Positions 28,656-37,473 of a DNA stretch of 64,000 nt are shown one piece after another. Position 1 is the first letter of the stretch. Each line of letters opens with the position of its first letter. Made by a program: the position numbers and the translations under genes. The notes beneath the pieces are model-generated. The model ran no database searches. It saw nothing but the letters and a program-made list of their open reading frames with translations, and had not been told where the DNA came from. This DNA is from Candidatus Caldarchaeales archaeon (GTDB lineage: Archaea; Thermoproteota; Nitrososphaeria_A; Caldarchaeales; Calditenuaceae). The DNA lies in contig JBCNVM010000008.1 in assembly GCA_039630085.1 (NCBI GenBank), forward strand, positions 1 through 64,000. The letters are read 5' to 3'.

Positions 28656-29654
28656 ATGGAAGGGGAGCCGGTGAGGGTCGCGGTCGTCGGCGCGGGGTTC
28701 TGGGGGAGGAACCACGTCAGGGTGCTGACCGAGCTCCGAGGGTGCGAGGTGACCGCGGTCTGCGACGTCGACTTGGCGAGGGCGAAGGAGGTCGCGAGGA
28801 GGTTCAGGGTCGAGAGGTACTTCACGGACTACAGGGAGCTCCTGAGGGACGACGAGGTCGACGCGGTCACGGTCTGCACGCCCTCGACGACCCACGCGAG
28901 GATCGCCGTCGACTTCCTGACCTCGGGGAAGCACGTCTTGGTCGAGAAGCCGATGGCCTCGAGCGTCGGGGAGGCCATGGAGGTCGTCGAGGCCCAGAGG
29001 TCTTCGGGGATGAAGGTGATGGTGGGACACATCGAGCGCTTCAACCCCGCGGTCGTAAGGGCAATGGACGAGATCGGGTCGGGGACGATCGGCGAGCCGC
29101 TCCTGATCTACGGGAGGAGGATCGGGCCGTGGCCGGAGAGGATTGGCGACGTGGGCGTCGTCCACGACACCACGATCCACGACATCGACCTGGCCTACTG
29201 CGTGTTCGGCTCGCCACCGTCGGGCGTCTTCGCGGTCGGAGGGTCGCTGATCCACGCGAAGGAGGACCACGTCCAGGTCACGCTGAGGTTCGACTCGGGG
29301 AGGTCGGCGGTCCTCGAGTCGAACTGGCTCACGCCGAGGAAGAAGAGGGAGATGTACATCACCGGGACGCAGGGCGTGATCAGACTCGAGTTCCTCACGA
29401 GGGAGGTCGTGATAGAGAAGAGCGAGGGCTCCTACTCGCCGATGGTCGGACAGATCGAGCCGCTCAGGGCCGAGCTCGAGGCGTTCGTGAGTTCGGTCGC
29501 GGAGGGGAAGGAGCCTGTCCCGAACCACATCGACGGCCTGATCTCGGTGGCGGTCGCCGACGCGGTCCTCCTCTCAATCAGGACCGGGAAGGTCGTCGGG
29601 CTCGAGGAGTTCATCGGCGAGCACGGCGTCAGTCTGAGGTCCCTGAGGCCCTGA
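28656..29654 (+). CDS. Gfo/Idh/MocA oxidoreductase (possibly UDP-sugar 3-dehydrogenase)
   Basis: VVGAGFWG, HVLVEKP, GHIERFNP, DTTIHDID. Confidence 0.88.
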   Translation: MEGEPVRVAVVGAGFWGRNHVRVLTELRGCEVTAVCDVDLARAKEVARRFRVERYFTDYRELLRDDEVDAVTVCTPSTTHARIAVDFLTSGKHVLVEKPMASSVGEAMEVVEAQRSSGMKVMVGHIERFNPAVVRAMDEIGSGTIGEPLLIYGRRIGPWPERIGDVGVVHDTTIHDIDLAYCVFGSPPSGVFAVGGSLIHAKEDHVQVTLRFDSGRSAVLESNWLTPRKKREMYITGTQGVIRLEFLTREVVIEKSEGSYSPMVGQIEPLRAELEAFVSSVAEGKEPVPNHIDGLISVAVADAVLLSIRTGKVVGLEEFIGEHGVSLRSLRP

Positions 29655-29749
29655 CCGGCCCTTCGCGGTCCACCTGATCGAGGGCCCGCTCGAGCTCCGC
29701 GACGAGGTCTCCTGTAACGCTGATATCGCAGCGACGTCGAAGGGCCGCC

Positions 29750-30790
29750 GTGAGGGAGCAGAGGACGCTCTACTGGAAGGGCTCGAAACTGTACATCTTG
29801 GACCAGAGGGCCCTCCCTCACAGGGTGAGGTACGTCGTTGCGAGCGACTACAAGCAGGTCGCGAGGGCGATCAGGGACATGACTGTGAGGGGAGCTCCGG
29901 CGATCGGCGTAGCTGCGGCGTACGGGCTCGCGCTGGCGGCGCTCAGGACTAAGAGGCTCAGCCCCCAGAGGGCCCTCGAGAGGCTCCAGAGGGCCGCGGA
30001 GGTCCTCAGGTCGACGAGGCCGACCGCGGTCAACCTCTTCTGGGCGATCGACAGGGTGATGGGGAGGGCGGAGAGGGCCGCGGCGAACGACGAGTCGGTA
30101 GCGGACGCGGTGCTGGACGAGGCCCACAGGATGGCCGAGGAGGACGTCGAGGTGAACAGGGCGATCGGGAGGAACGGAGCCCAGCTCGTGCGGGACGGAG
30201 CCCGGGTGATGACCTACTGCAACGCCGGGACCCTCGCGACCGTGGGTTACGGCACGGCCCTCGGCGTGATTAGAGCCGCGGTCGAGCAGGGGAAGAGGGT
30301 CTTCGTCTACGTCCCCGAGACCAGGCCGAAGCTGCAGGGCGCGAGGCTCACCTCCTTCGAGCTGAAGGCCGCGGGGATCGAGCACAGGGTGATCTCCGAC
30401 AACGCGGCGCCGTTCCTGATGAGCAGGGGAGAAGTGGACATCGTGGTGGTGGGGGCCGACAGGATCCTCGCGACGTCCGGCCACGTGATCAACAAGATCG
30501 GGACGCTATCACTCGCGTTGGCAGCCAACCACTTCGGCGTTCCCTTCTACGCCGCGGCACCGGTCAGCACGATCGACTTCGTCAGGAGCCTCCCGCAGGT
30601 GAAGATCGAGGAGAGGGACGAGAGGGAGGTCCTCGAGTTCGCGGGGAGGAGGGTCGCTCCGAGAGGGGTCAGGGCCGTCAACTACGCCTTCGACGTTACT
30701 CCCCCGGAGCTCGTGAGGGGGATCATCACCGAGAGGGGAGTCTTCAGGCCCGACGAGCTGATGGCCCTCAGGGAGCGCGCCGGGGTCTGA
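29750..30790 (+). CDS. mtnA: Methylthioribose-1-phosphate isomerase
   Basis: LDQRALP, VRGAPAIG, RPTAVNL, CNAGTLAT, ETRPKLQGARLT, AFDVTP. Confidence 0.92.
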   Translation: MREQRTLYWKGSKLYILDQRALPHRVRYVVASDYKQVARAIRDMTVRGAPAIGVAAAYGLALAALRTKRLSPQRALERLQRAAEVLRSTRPTAVNLFWAIDRVMGRAERAAANDESVADAVLDEAHRMAEEDVEVNRAIGRNGAQLVRDGARVMTYCNAGTLATVGYGTALGVIRAAVEQGKRVFVYVPETRPKLQGARLTSFELKAAGIEHRVISDNAAPFLMSRGEVDIVVVGADRILATSGHVINKIGTLSLALAANHFGVPFYAAAPVSTIDFVRSLPQVKIEERDEREVLEFAGRRVAPRGVRAVNYAFDVTPPELVRGIITERGVFRPDELMALRERAGV

Positions 30791-30800
30791 GGGGGAGGAG

Positions 30801-32201
30801 TTGGGCTACGACCTCGCGGTGATAGGCGCGGGACCAGCGGGATACGTGGCCGCGATCAGGGCCGCTCAGCTCGGATTGAAGGCCGCGGTCGTCGAGAGGG
30901 AGTCCGTCGGAGGAGAGTGCCTGAACTGGGGCTGCATACCCTCGAAGGCGATCATCGGCGTCGCGGAGGCTGTCCACAGGGCCGGATGGCTGAAGGAGGT
31001 CGGGGTCGAGTTCGGCCGGCCGAGGGTCGACATGGCGAGGCTGATCGGGTGGAAGGACTCGGTCGTGAGGAGGCTCGTCAGCGGGATCGAGTCGCTCTTC
31101 AGGGGTCACGGGATCGAGCTCGTGAGGGGAGAGGGCAGAGTCGTCTCGAGGGGCACCGTCAAGGTGCAGACCGGCTCAGGGACCCAGACGCTGGAGGCGA
31201 GGAGCGTGCTGATCGCGACAGGGTCGGCGCCGGTCGAGCTCCCCCAGATCCCCTTCGACGGCGAGAGGGTCCTTAGCTTCAGGCACGTCTTCTCGCTCCG
31301 GGAGCTCCCACAGAGGCTGCTCGTGGTCGGAGGGGGAGCGGTGGGCCTGGAGATGGCTACCGCGTTCAGGAAGCTCGGCTCGGAGGTGACCGTGGTCGAG
31401 TTGATGGACAGGGTCCTCCCCGCGATGGACAGGTCCCTCTCGGCCGCGGTGCAGAGGAGGCTCTCGGAGCTCGGCGTGAGGGTGATGCTCAGCTCGACGG
31501 TCGTGGGGCACGAGAAGCTCAACGGCTCGGTCAGGGTGAAGGTTAAGGGGCCTGCGGGCGAGGAAGTCGTCGAGGCCGACAGGGTGCTCGTCTCGGTCGG
31601 GAAGAAGGGGACAGGGGCGCCGGTCGCTGAGGGCCTCGGCGTGAAGGTCGACCCGAGGGGGTTCGTCGTGGTGGACGAGGAGTGCAGGACAGGAGCCGGA
31701 TGGATATGGGCCGCAGGCGACGCGACCGGGCCACCCTTCCTCGCACACAGGGCCTACAGACAGGGCACGATCGCTGCGGAGTCGGTCGCAGGCCGCGTCA
31801 CCACCTGGAGGCCGAGGCACTACCCGGTCACCGTCTTCACGGACCCGGAGGTCGCTTCGGTTGGGATGACCGAGGACGAGGCGACCTCCTCCGGCAGGAG
31901 GTTCAGGTCGGTCACGTTCCCGCATGCCGCGCTCGGCAGGGCGATCGCCCACGGCGACCCGATCGGATTCGTGAAGGTCATGGTCGAGGAGGAGAGCGCG
32001 GAGGTCCTCGGGGTCCACGTCGCGGGCCCTCACTCATCAGAGCTGGTCTCGGAGCTCTCGGTCGCGATGGAGAACTACATGACGCTCGAAGACCTGCTCA
32101 GGGGAGTCCACCCGCACCCGACCTTCTCGGAGGCGATCGCCGAGGCCTTTGAGGCCGCTCTCGGGAGGCCGCTGCACGTACTTCGTGCTCACCGCATGTG
32201 A
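30801..32201 (+). CDS. lpdA: Dihydrolipoamide dehydrogenase
   Basis: GAGPAG, GGECLNWGCIPSK, HPHPTFSE. Confidence 0.93.
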   Translation: MGYDLAVIGAGPAGYVAAIRAAQLGLKAAVVERESVGGECLNWGCIPSKAIIGVAEAVHRAGWLKEVGVEFGRPRVDMARLIGWKDSVVRRLVSGIESLFRGHGIELVRGEGRVVSRGTVKVQTGSGTQTLEARSVLIATGSAPVELPQIPFDGERVLSFRHVFSLRELPQRLLVVGGGAVGLEMATAFRKLGSEVTVVELMDRVLPAMDRSLSAAVQRRLSELGVRVMLSSTVVGHEKLNGSVRVKVKGPAGEEVVEADRVLVSVGKKGTGAPVAEGLGVKVDPRGFVVVDEECRTGAGWIWAAGDATGPPFLAHRAYRQGTIAAESVAGRVTTWRPRHYPVTVFTDPEVASVGMTEDEATSSGRRFRSVTFPHAALGRAIAHGDPIGFVKVMVEEESAEVLGVHVAGPHSSELVSELSVAMENYMTLEDLLRGVHPHPTFSEAIAEAFEAALGRPLHVLRAHRM

Positions 32202-32239
32202 GCTTCCCTCCAAACCATCGTCCAGTGGCCAGAACCGTC

Positions 32240-32407
32240 TTACCGCGCCCTTGAACGGAGGAACTTTCCATTTAGCCAAAGTGAAAGCTGATTCGCTTGA
32301 CAATTTTTCAGAAAGAATTAATGGGTGTCGTGAAGTAACCGTGAAATGCGCCTTATCATCTTAACGAGAGATTATACATAAATATGAACAGTAATCATGA
32401 ACTATTG
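32240..32407 (+). promoter_or_regulatory. Long AT-rich promoter region of the fibre-like operon
   Basis: Most AT-rich intergenic stretch in the window; TTATACATAAATA near 32373-32385; ATGAAC repeated at 32384, 32397, 32408. Confidence 0.5.
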
Positions 32408-32839
32408 ATGAACAGGTTGAGGAATGCGGCTTTAGTAATTGCGCTGGCCCTGATAGCGGCGATAACGGCGCTGGCGAGCTACGCGGTCGTGATCGGCCTG
32501 CAGAGCAGCGATGTGGCCCAGCTCGGAGGGACGTACTTAGTCGACGTCACGTGTCCGGAGGCCAACTGCCAGATCAACAGGGTCTACTGGACTCTGAGCA
32601 CCACGCCCCCGTTCAGAGTGACCCACGCCAACGTCGTCTGGGACACCGCGAAGACCGCTGGCGTGACTTACACCGTGTACGTGGTCCTCTACGACAGCAC
32701 CGGCACTAACGTCATCGGCAGCGGGTCCGCAACGCAGTCAGCTTCCTCGTCGACGGTCACCACGCAGGTCCCCGTCTCTCCAAACCCGCGACCGAGGGAT
32801 GTCTACTACGTCGAAGTGGTAATCGTTGAGAACCCCTAG
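32408..32839 (+). CDS. Secreted beta-rich protein 1 (candidate major fibre subunit)
   Basis: Signal peptide ending ASYA-V, VAQLGGT motif, Thr/Ser/Val-rich, YTVYVVLYDSTG; start could be 32384. Confidence 0.75.
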   Translation: MNRLRNAALVIALALIAAITALASYAVVIGLQSSDVAQLGGTYLVDVTCPEANCQINRVYWTLSTTPPFRVTHANVVWDTAKTAGVTYTVYVVLYDSTGTNVIGSGSATQSASSSTVTTQVPVSPNPRPRDVYYVEVVIVENP

Positions 32840-33281
32840 ACCCCTAACATTATTTCTGGTCGTTTTTTCGGTAGCCATCTCAGCCTTCTCGGTAGCCATA
32901 TCAGTCCAGCAAGTAGACAGATTGCCGGTAAAAAACGAGGTGATTTACGAACTGGGTTACACGAGCGTGAGGAACTTGCGTATATTCCAAGTTATCCTCC
33001 TTCCTACTACTGGTACCTCAATCAATCAAGTTCAGTTATTCCTTGCGAGAGACGCAGGTCTCGTCATCATGGCGGTCCTTCAAGTTGGTTTGTACGATGA
33101 AAACGGAAACTTGCTCAGTACTGGTAGGACGTGCGTCAACCTTCCCGCGTCGGCTGGGACAAGCTCCCCAACGTTGTCGTTAACCCCCTCAACCGTGCCC
33201 CTGTATAACATCGCTTTGGTTAGGACCTGCGTGGTTGCTACGATCTTACCATGTCCCGCACCGACGGTGAACTGCTTATGA
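32826..33281 (+). CDS. Secreted beta-rich protein 2 (paralogue, candidate minor subunit)
   Basis: Signal peptide ending SAFS-VAI, VDRL, LQVGLYDENG matching protein 1; four Cys. Confidence 0.7.
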   Translation: MRTPRPLTLFLVVFSVAISAFSVAISVQQVDRLPVKNEVIYELGYTSVRNLRIFQVILLPTTGTSINQVQLFLARDAGLVIMAVLQVGLYDENGNLLSTGRTCVNLPASAGTSSPTLSLTPSTVPLYNIALVRTCVVATILPCPAPTVNCL

Positions 33282-33655
33282 GGGGCAGATTTCTCCTGCT
33301 GCTGTTGCTGCTCTCCTTGACCTCCATGATGACGTATGCAGTGGCGATTAACGTAACAACGGTAAACCAGCTCGGTGGCACGGGTCAAGAGACCGTCCCG
33401 AAATTCGACTTCGCAGTCAGGAGTGTGACCGTACCATCTGGTCCAACCATATCCTCTGTCACTGCTAGCGTCCAAGTCACACAACCCGGAACTTACTTAG
33501 TTCAGGCGAGAGTAACAGTGGGTGCCTGTACTCTTTCCGGCTCGACGACTGCGTTACTAGGCACGACGCCCACGACCGTGACGATTAACTTCCCGGGGTC
33601 ATGCACGCGAAACGCACCAACCATCGTCCAAGTCACGGTGCTTCAGGCTCCGTGA
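33278..33655 (+). CDS. Secreted beta-rich protein 3 (paralogue)
   Basis: Signal peptide ending MTYA-VAI, VNQLGGT motif; ATGA overlap with protein 2; two Cys. Confidence 0.75.
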   Translation: MRGRFLLLLLLLSLTSMMTYAVAINVTTVNQLGGTGQETVPKFDFAVRSVTVPSGPTISSVTASVQVTQPGTYLVQARVTVGACTLSGSTTALLGTTPTTVTINFPGSCTRNAPTIVQVTVLQAP

Positions 33656-33661
33656 TCTGAC

Positions 33662-34339
33662 ATGAGGGGGGTGACCATCCTCGCGTTCTCGGGCCTCGCA
33701 CTCATCACCTACGCCGTCGCGACAGGTCAGCTGGGGATATACTACGTAGTTACCGAGAGCATGGAGCCGAGCGCGCCGAGGGGCTCCCTGATTATCTCGG
33801 TCCCCGACAGGTTCGTGGAGGCCGGCGATATGGTCCTCTACGACCTTCAGGGCTTCACGGTCGTCCACAGGGCCTCCGAGCTGAGGCCGGAGGGGGTTCG
33901 GGTGGTCGCGGACGCGTACCCCTGGTATTCGGAGCTGGTCTCCTGGGAGAGGGTGAAGGGCAGAGCGGTCCTCGTGATACCGTTCCTCGGGTACGTCGCG
34001 CTCGGGCTCTCCGCAGTGCCCGTGGTCTTGTTGGGTCTCCTGGTCGTCCTGCTGCTCCCCAGGAAGCCTCAGGAGGGCCAGTCCGGGAGCCCGCTCCTCT
34101 TCGCGTTTTCAGGCGGAGCCCTAGTCCTGGTAGCGGCCATCGGCGACACGGGACTCGTGACGATCGGCAAAGTCCCCGCGCTCGTCCTGCTCGCCTCTTC
34201 GCTGGCGGCAATCAGGTATCTGGAGGCGAGGGGATCGGACGCGCCGGGTTGGTTGATCGACGCGTCCTACGTCATCTTTTTAGTCGCGTGCCTCGCTTCG
34301 ATATCAAGGAAGGCCTTCTTGGGGGTGTTGGGGCTCTGA
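33662..34339 (+). CDS. Signal peptidase I, SipW/ER type (Ser-His dyad), with extra C-terminal TM helices
   Basis: VVTESMEP (catalytic Ser), GDMVLY, VVHR (His), VKGRAVLVIPFLGY. Confidence 0.85.
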   Translation: MRGVTILAFSGLALITYAVATGQLGIYYVVTESMEPSAPRGSLIISVPDRFVEAGDMVLYDLQGFTVVHRASELRPEGVRVVADAYPWYSELVSWERVKGRAVLVIPFLGYVALGLSAVPVVLLGLLVVLLLPRKPQEGQSGSPLLFAFSGGALVLVAAIGDTGLVTIGKVPALVLLASSLAAIRYLEARGSDAPGWLIDASYVIFLVACLASISRKAFLGVLGL

Positions 34340-35691
34340 GGACCGCATCGCTCGCGGCGCTCTCGGTCCTGACCGTCGTCCTGATGGTGACCTCCGCGGC
34401 CCACGCCTCGTCGGGCGTGGTGATCCACAACAGGTACGGCCTGCCGATCACCGTTGACGGCCAGCTGGTCGATAGGTTCCCGGCGAGCGTCAGGCCCGGG
34501 TCCTACGTCTGCGTAGTCCACCAGGTCTTCTACCTCACCTCCGAGAGGAGGCTCGTCTTCAGGGGTTGGTCCAGCGGCGAGACCTCGCCCTGCCTCACCG
34601 CGACGTCAGGGACGCTCGAGGCCCTCTACGAGGAACAGGTCCTGGCCGTGGTCGACTCCAACTACGAGCCGGTCAGGAGGAGCATGTGGGTCAAGAGGGG
34701 CGAGAGGGTGGTCCTTGAGGTGGAGAGGGTCTACGTCGACCGCGGCTACCGGTACGTCTTCTCGAGGTGGAGCAGGGGCGAGAACCCGTTCGAGCCGGCC
34801 AACGCGATAGTCGCGATGGACCCGATCTACGTCGATGTGAGGTTCGTGAAGGAGGTGAGGATCGACGTGATATCGCACTTCGGGGTCCCGGTCAACGGCT
34901 CGGGCTGGTACCGCGAGGACGAACCGGTCGTCATCTCCGCGCCCGGAGAGATCATGCTCGGACCTGACGAGAAGCTGGTCTTCAGGGAATGGACGACGGT
35001 GGGGCTCTACCCCGCCGTGATATACTCGCCGGGCTCGAGGGTCACGACGCTCGAGGCCAGGGCTCCGCACGTTATCAGGGCCGAGTACGACAGGTACCTC
35101 CGGGTGAACGTCGAGGGGCCGCAGGGCGTCATCGTCGGAGGCTGGTTCAAGGAGGGCGAGAGGGTCCAAGTCAGCGCTCCCCCGGTGATCGAGGTGATAC
35201 CGAACGCTGTCAGGCTGGTCTTCGTCGGGTGGGAGGGAGACATCGCCGCGTCCGTCCCGAACGTCGCGTTCACCGTCACGAAACCGCTCTCCGCCAAGGC
35301 CAACTACAGGCTCGAGTACAGGGTCGAGGTCAGGTCACCGGTCGGAGCCGCGGGGACGGGCTGGTACCCTGCTAACACCACGGCCACGATCAGGGTCCCG
35401 ACCGAAATGCAGGCCTTCCTCTTCGCGAAGAGGGTCCTGAGCCACTTCACCGGCGACTGCGGCGAGGACTGCAGGGTCGGCGGCCTCCTGAGGCTCTACG
35501 TCGACTCCCCGAAGTACGTCGAGGCCGTCTACAGGATCGAGCCGGACATCCAGTCGATAATCGCCGCGGGCGCGGTCGTGGGGACGGTGGTCGTCGCCTA
35601 CTTCGCCATCGAGAGGATCAGGAGAAGGAGGGAGGTCATCCGGATCGGCTTCGAGGACATGGAGGAGCCCAAAAAGGTCGAGAGCCCATAG
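34336..35691 (+). CDS. Membrane-anchored surface protein with tandem InlB-B/Flg_new-like repeats
   Basis: Signal peptide (AHA-S); repeated GxGW[YF]..G..V.[IV].AP and [LY]VF..W units; C-terminal TM plus RRRR; start uncertain. Confidence 0.75.
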   Translation: MRTASLAALSVLTVVLMVTSAAHASSGVVIHNRYGLPITVDGQLVDRFPASVRPGSYVCVVHQVFYLTSERRLVFRGWSSGETSPCLTATSGTLEALYEEQVLAVVDSNYEPVRRSMWVKRGERVVLEVERVYVDRGYRYVFSRWSRGENPFEPANAIVAMDPIYVDVRFVKEVRIDVISHFGVPVNGSGWYREDEPVVISAPGEIMLGPDEKLVFREWTTVGLYPAVIYSPGSRVTTLEARAPHVIRAEYDRYLRVNVEGPQGVIVGGWFKEGERVQVSAPPVIEVIPNAVRLVFVGWEGDIAASVPNVAFTVTKPLSAKANYRLEYRVEVRSPVGAAGTGWYPANTTATIRVPTEMQAFLFAKRVLSHFTGDCGEDCRVGGLLRLYVDSPKYVEAVYRIEPDIQSIIAAGAVVGTVVVAYFAIERIRRRREVIRIGFEDMEEPKKVESP

Positions 35692-35798
35692 CGCAACCCG
35701 CCGACCGACGGGTCCCGCTCTCATCAGGAACCCGCGCCCTTGGTCCGCTCTCACGTCGTCGCTAGCGTTTTTTAGTGCGGGAGGGGTCGGTGCGGCGG

Positions 35799-37043
35799 AT
35801 GAGCGCAGTAATGCCGAGGCAGCCGGAGGTCAACATCGGGACGCTGGGGCACGTCGACAACGGCAAGACGACCCTCGTCCAGGCGATAACAGGAGTCTGG
35901 ACCGCGAGGCACTCGGAGGAGCTGAAGAGGGGGATAACGATCAGGATAGGTTACGCAGACGCGGCGGTCTACAGGTGCCCCCTCTGCGAGGAGCCCTTCA
36001 ACTACAAGACAAGCGTCATCTGCCCTGCACACGGCGTCCAGACCGAGCTTGCGAGGGTCGTCTCGTTCATCGACTGCCCCGGCCACCACTCCCTGATGAT
36101 AACTATGCTCAGCGGCGCGCCCCTCTTCGACGGAGCGGTCTTCGTAGTCGACGCGAGGGTGAAGTTCCCCCAGCCCCAGGACAGGGAGCACCTCGAGGCG
36201 ATGCTGGTGATGGGGATGAGGAACATCGTCTTCGCGCAGAACAAGGTCGACGTCGTGACGCCGGAGAGGGCGAGGGAGAACTACGACGAGATAGTGAGCT
36301 ACGCGACCTCGAGGGGCCTTGAGGAGCCGGTCGTCGTCCCGGTCTCGGCACAGCAGGGAGCAGGTGTCGAGGCGCTCCTTTACGCGATGGAGATGTGCAT
36401 ACCGACCCCGAAGAGGGACCCCGCGAAGCCCTTCCTGATGCCGGTCCTGAGGTCCTTCGACGTCAACATGCCCGGCACTGTCGCGACGGAGATCAAGGGG
36501 GGCGTGATAGGAGGCTCGATAGTGCAGGGGACCGTGAGAATCGGCGACGAGATCGAGATCGTCCCGGGGCTCCCCGCGAGGCCCGACCAGCCCGGGTCGC
36601 CCTACGAGCCGGTCCACACGGTCGCTAGGAACATCAAGGCCGGAGGGAGGGGCGTGAGGGAGGCAAGCTGCGGAGGGCTCGTGGGGATCGAGACCGACCT
36701 TGACCCGTCCTTCACGAAGTCGGACGGCATGAGCGGGAACATGGCCGGGAGGCCCGGGACGCTGCCGCCTGTATGGGGCGAGCTCGACCTGGAGTACGCC
36801 CTCTTCGAGAGGGTCGTCGGGGTCGACGGCGACCTGAAGGTCGGCAGGATCGCGCCGAGGGAAGCCCTGGTCCTCAACGCGTACTCCGCGGTCACAAGCG
36901 GCGTCGTCACCTCCGTGTCCGGCGAGAGGCTGTCGGTGAAGCTCACCCGGCCGATAGCCGCGTCCCCCGGCGACAGGGTCACGATCAGCAGGAAGGTCGG
37001 GACCGGCTGGAGGCTGATCGGGTACGGCAGGATAGTCGGGTGA
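35799..37043 (+). CDS. eif2g: Translation initiation factor 2 gamma subunit
   Basis: QPEVNIGTLGHVDNGKT, HSEELKRGITI, DCPGH, QNKVD, RSFDVN, WRLIGYG. Confidence 0.95.
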   Translation: MSAVMPRQPEVNIGTLGHVDNGKTTLVQAITGVWTARHSEELKRGITIRIGYADAAVYRCPLCEEPFNYKTSVICPAHGVQTELARVVSFIDCPGHHSLMITMLSGAPLFDGAVFVVDARVKFPQPQDREHLEAMLVMGMRNIVFAQNKVDVVTPERARENYDEIVSYATSRGLEEPVVVPVSAQQGAGVEALLYAMEMCIPTPKRDPAKPFLMPVLRSFDVNMPGTVATEIKGGVIGGSIVQGTVRIGDEIEIVPGLPARPDQPGSPYEPVHTVARNIKAGGRGVREASCGGLVGIETDLDPSFTKSDGMSGNMAGRPGTLPPVWGELDLEYALFERVVGVDGDLKVGRIAPREALVLNAYSAVTSGVVTSVSGERLSVKLTRPIAASPGDRVTISRKVGTGWRLIGYGRIVG

Positions 37044-37046
37044 GGG

Positions 37047-37427
37047 TTGAGGGCGATCGTCGACGCGAGCTTCCTGATGAGGTCCGTCGAGCTGGGTAGG
37101 GACCTGATCGAGGCGGTCTCCGAGAGGCTCGGCGAGCCCGTCGTCCCCTACACGGTGCCCCAGGTCCTCGAGGAGCTCAGGAGGCTCTCCTCGGGGAGAG
37201 GAGTGAAGGCCATCAGGGTGAGGGCCGCGCTGAAGGTCGCGAGAGGCATCGAGGTGGTCGAGGTGGGCGAGAGGGACGCGCCCGCGGACCGGGTGCTGGT
37301 AGAGCTCTCGAGGCAGAGGGGCGACATCGTCCTGACGTCGGACCTCGGAGTGATGAGGGCGGTCCTGAGGAGAGGAGGGAGGGCCGCGCTGGTCACGGAG
37401 GAGGGAGAGGTGAAGCTGGTCCTCTGA
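37047..37427 (+). CDS. PIN-domain protein (Fcf1/Utp24-like)
   Basis: IVDASFL, VLEEL, AD, VLTSD; usual position after aIF2-gamma. Confidence 0.8.
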   Translation: MRAIVDASFLMRSVELGRDLIEAVSERLGEPVVPYTVPQVLEELRRLSSGRGVKAIRVRAALKVARGIEVVEVGERDAPADRVLVELSRQRGDIVLTSDLGVMRAVLRRGGRAALVTEEGEVKLVL

Positions 37428-37473
37428 GCCCCGGTCGCCGAGGTTTATCACCACCCGGGAACGGTCCGTCACC

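Noticed and set aside
32408-33655. Type IV pilins or archaellins
   Set aside because: No class III signal peptide (K/R-G then hydrophobic with E5) and no assembly ATPase, TadC or prepilin peptidase; the signals look like class I with an adjacent SPase I.
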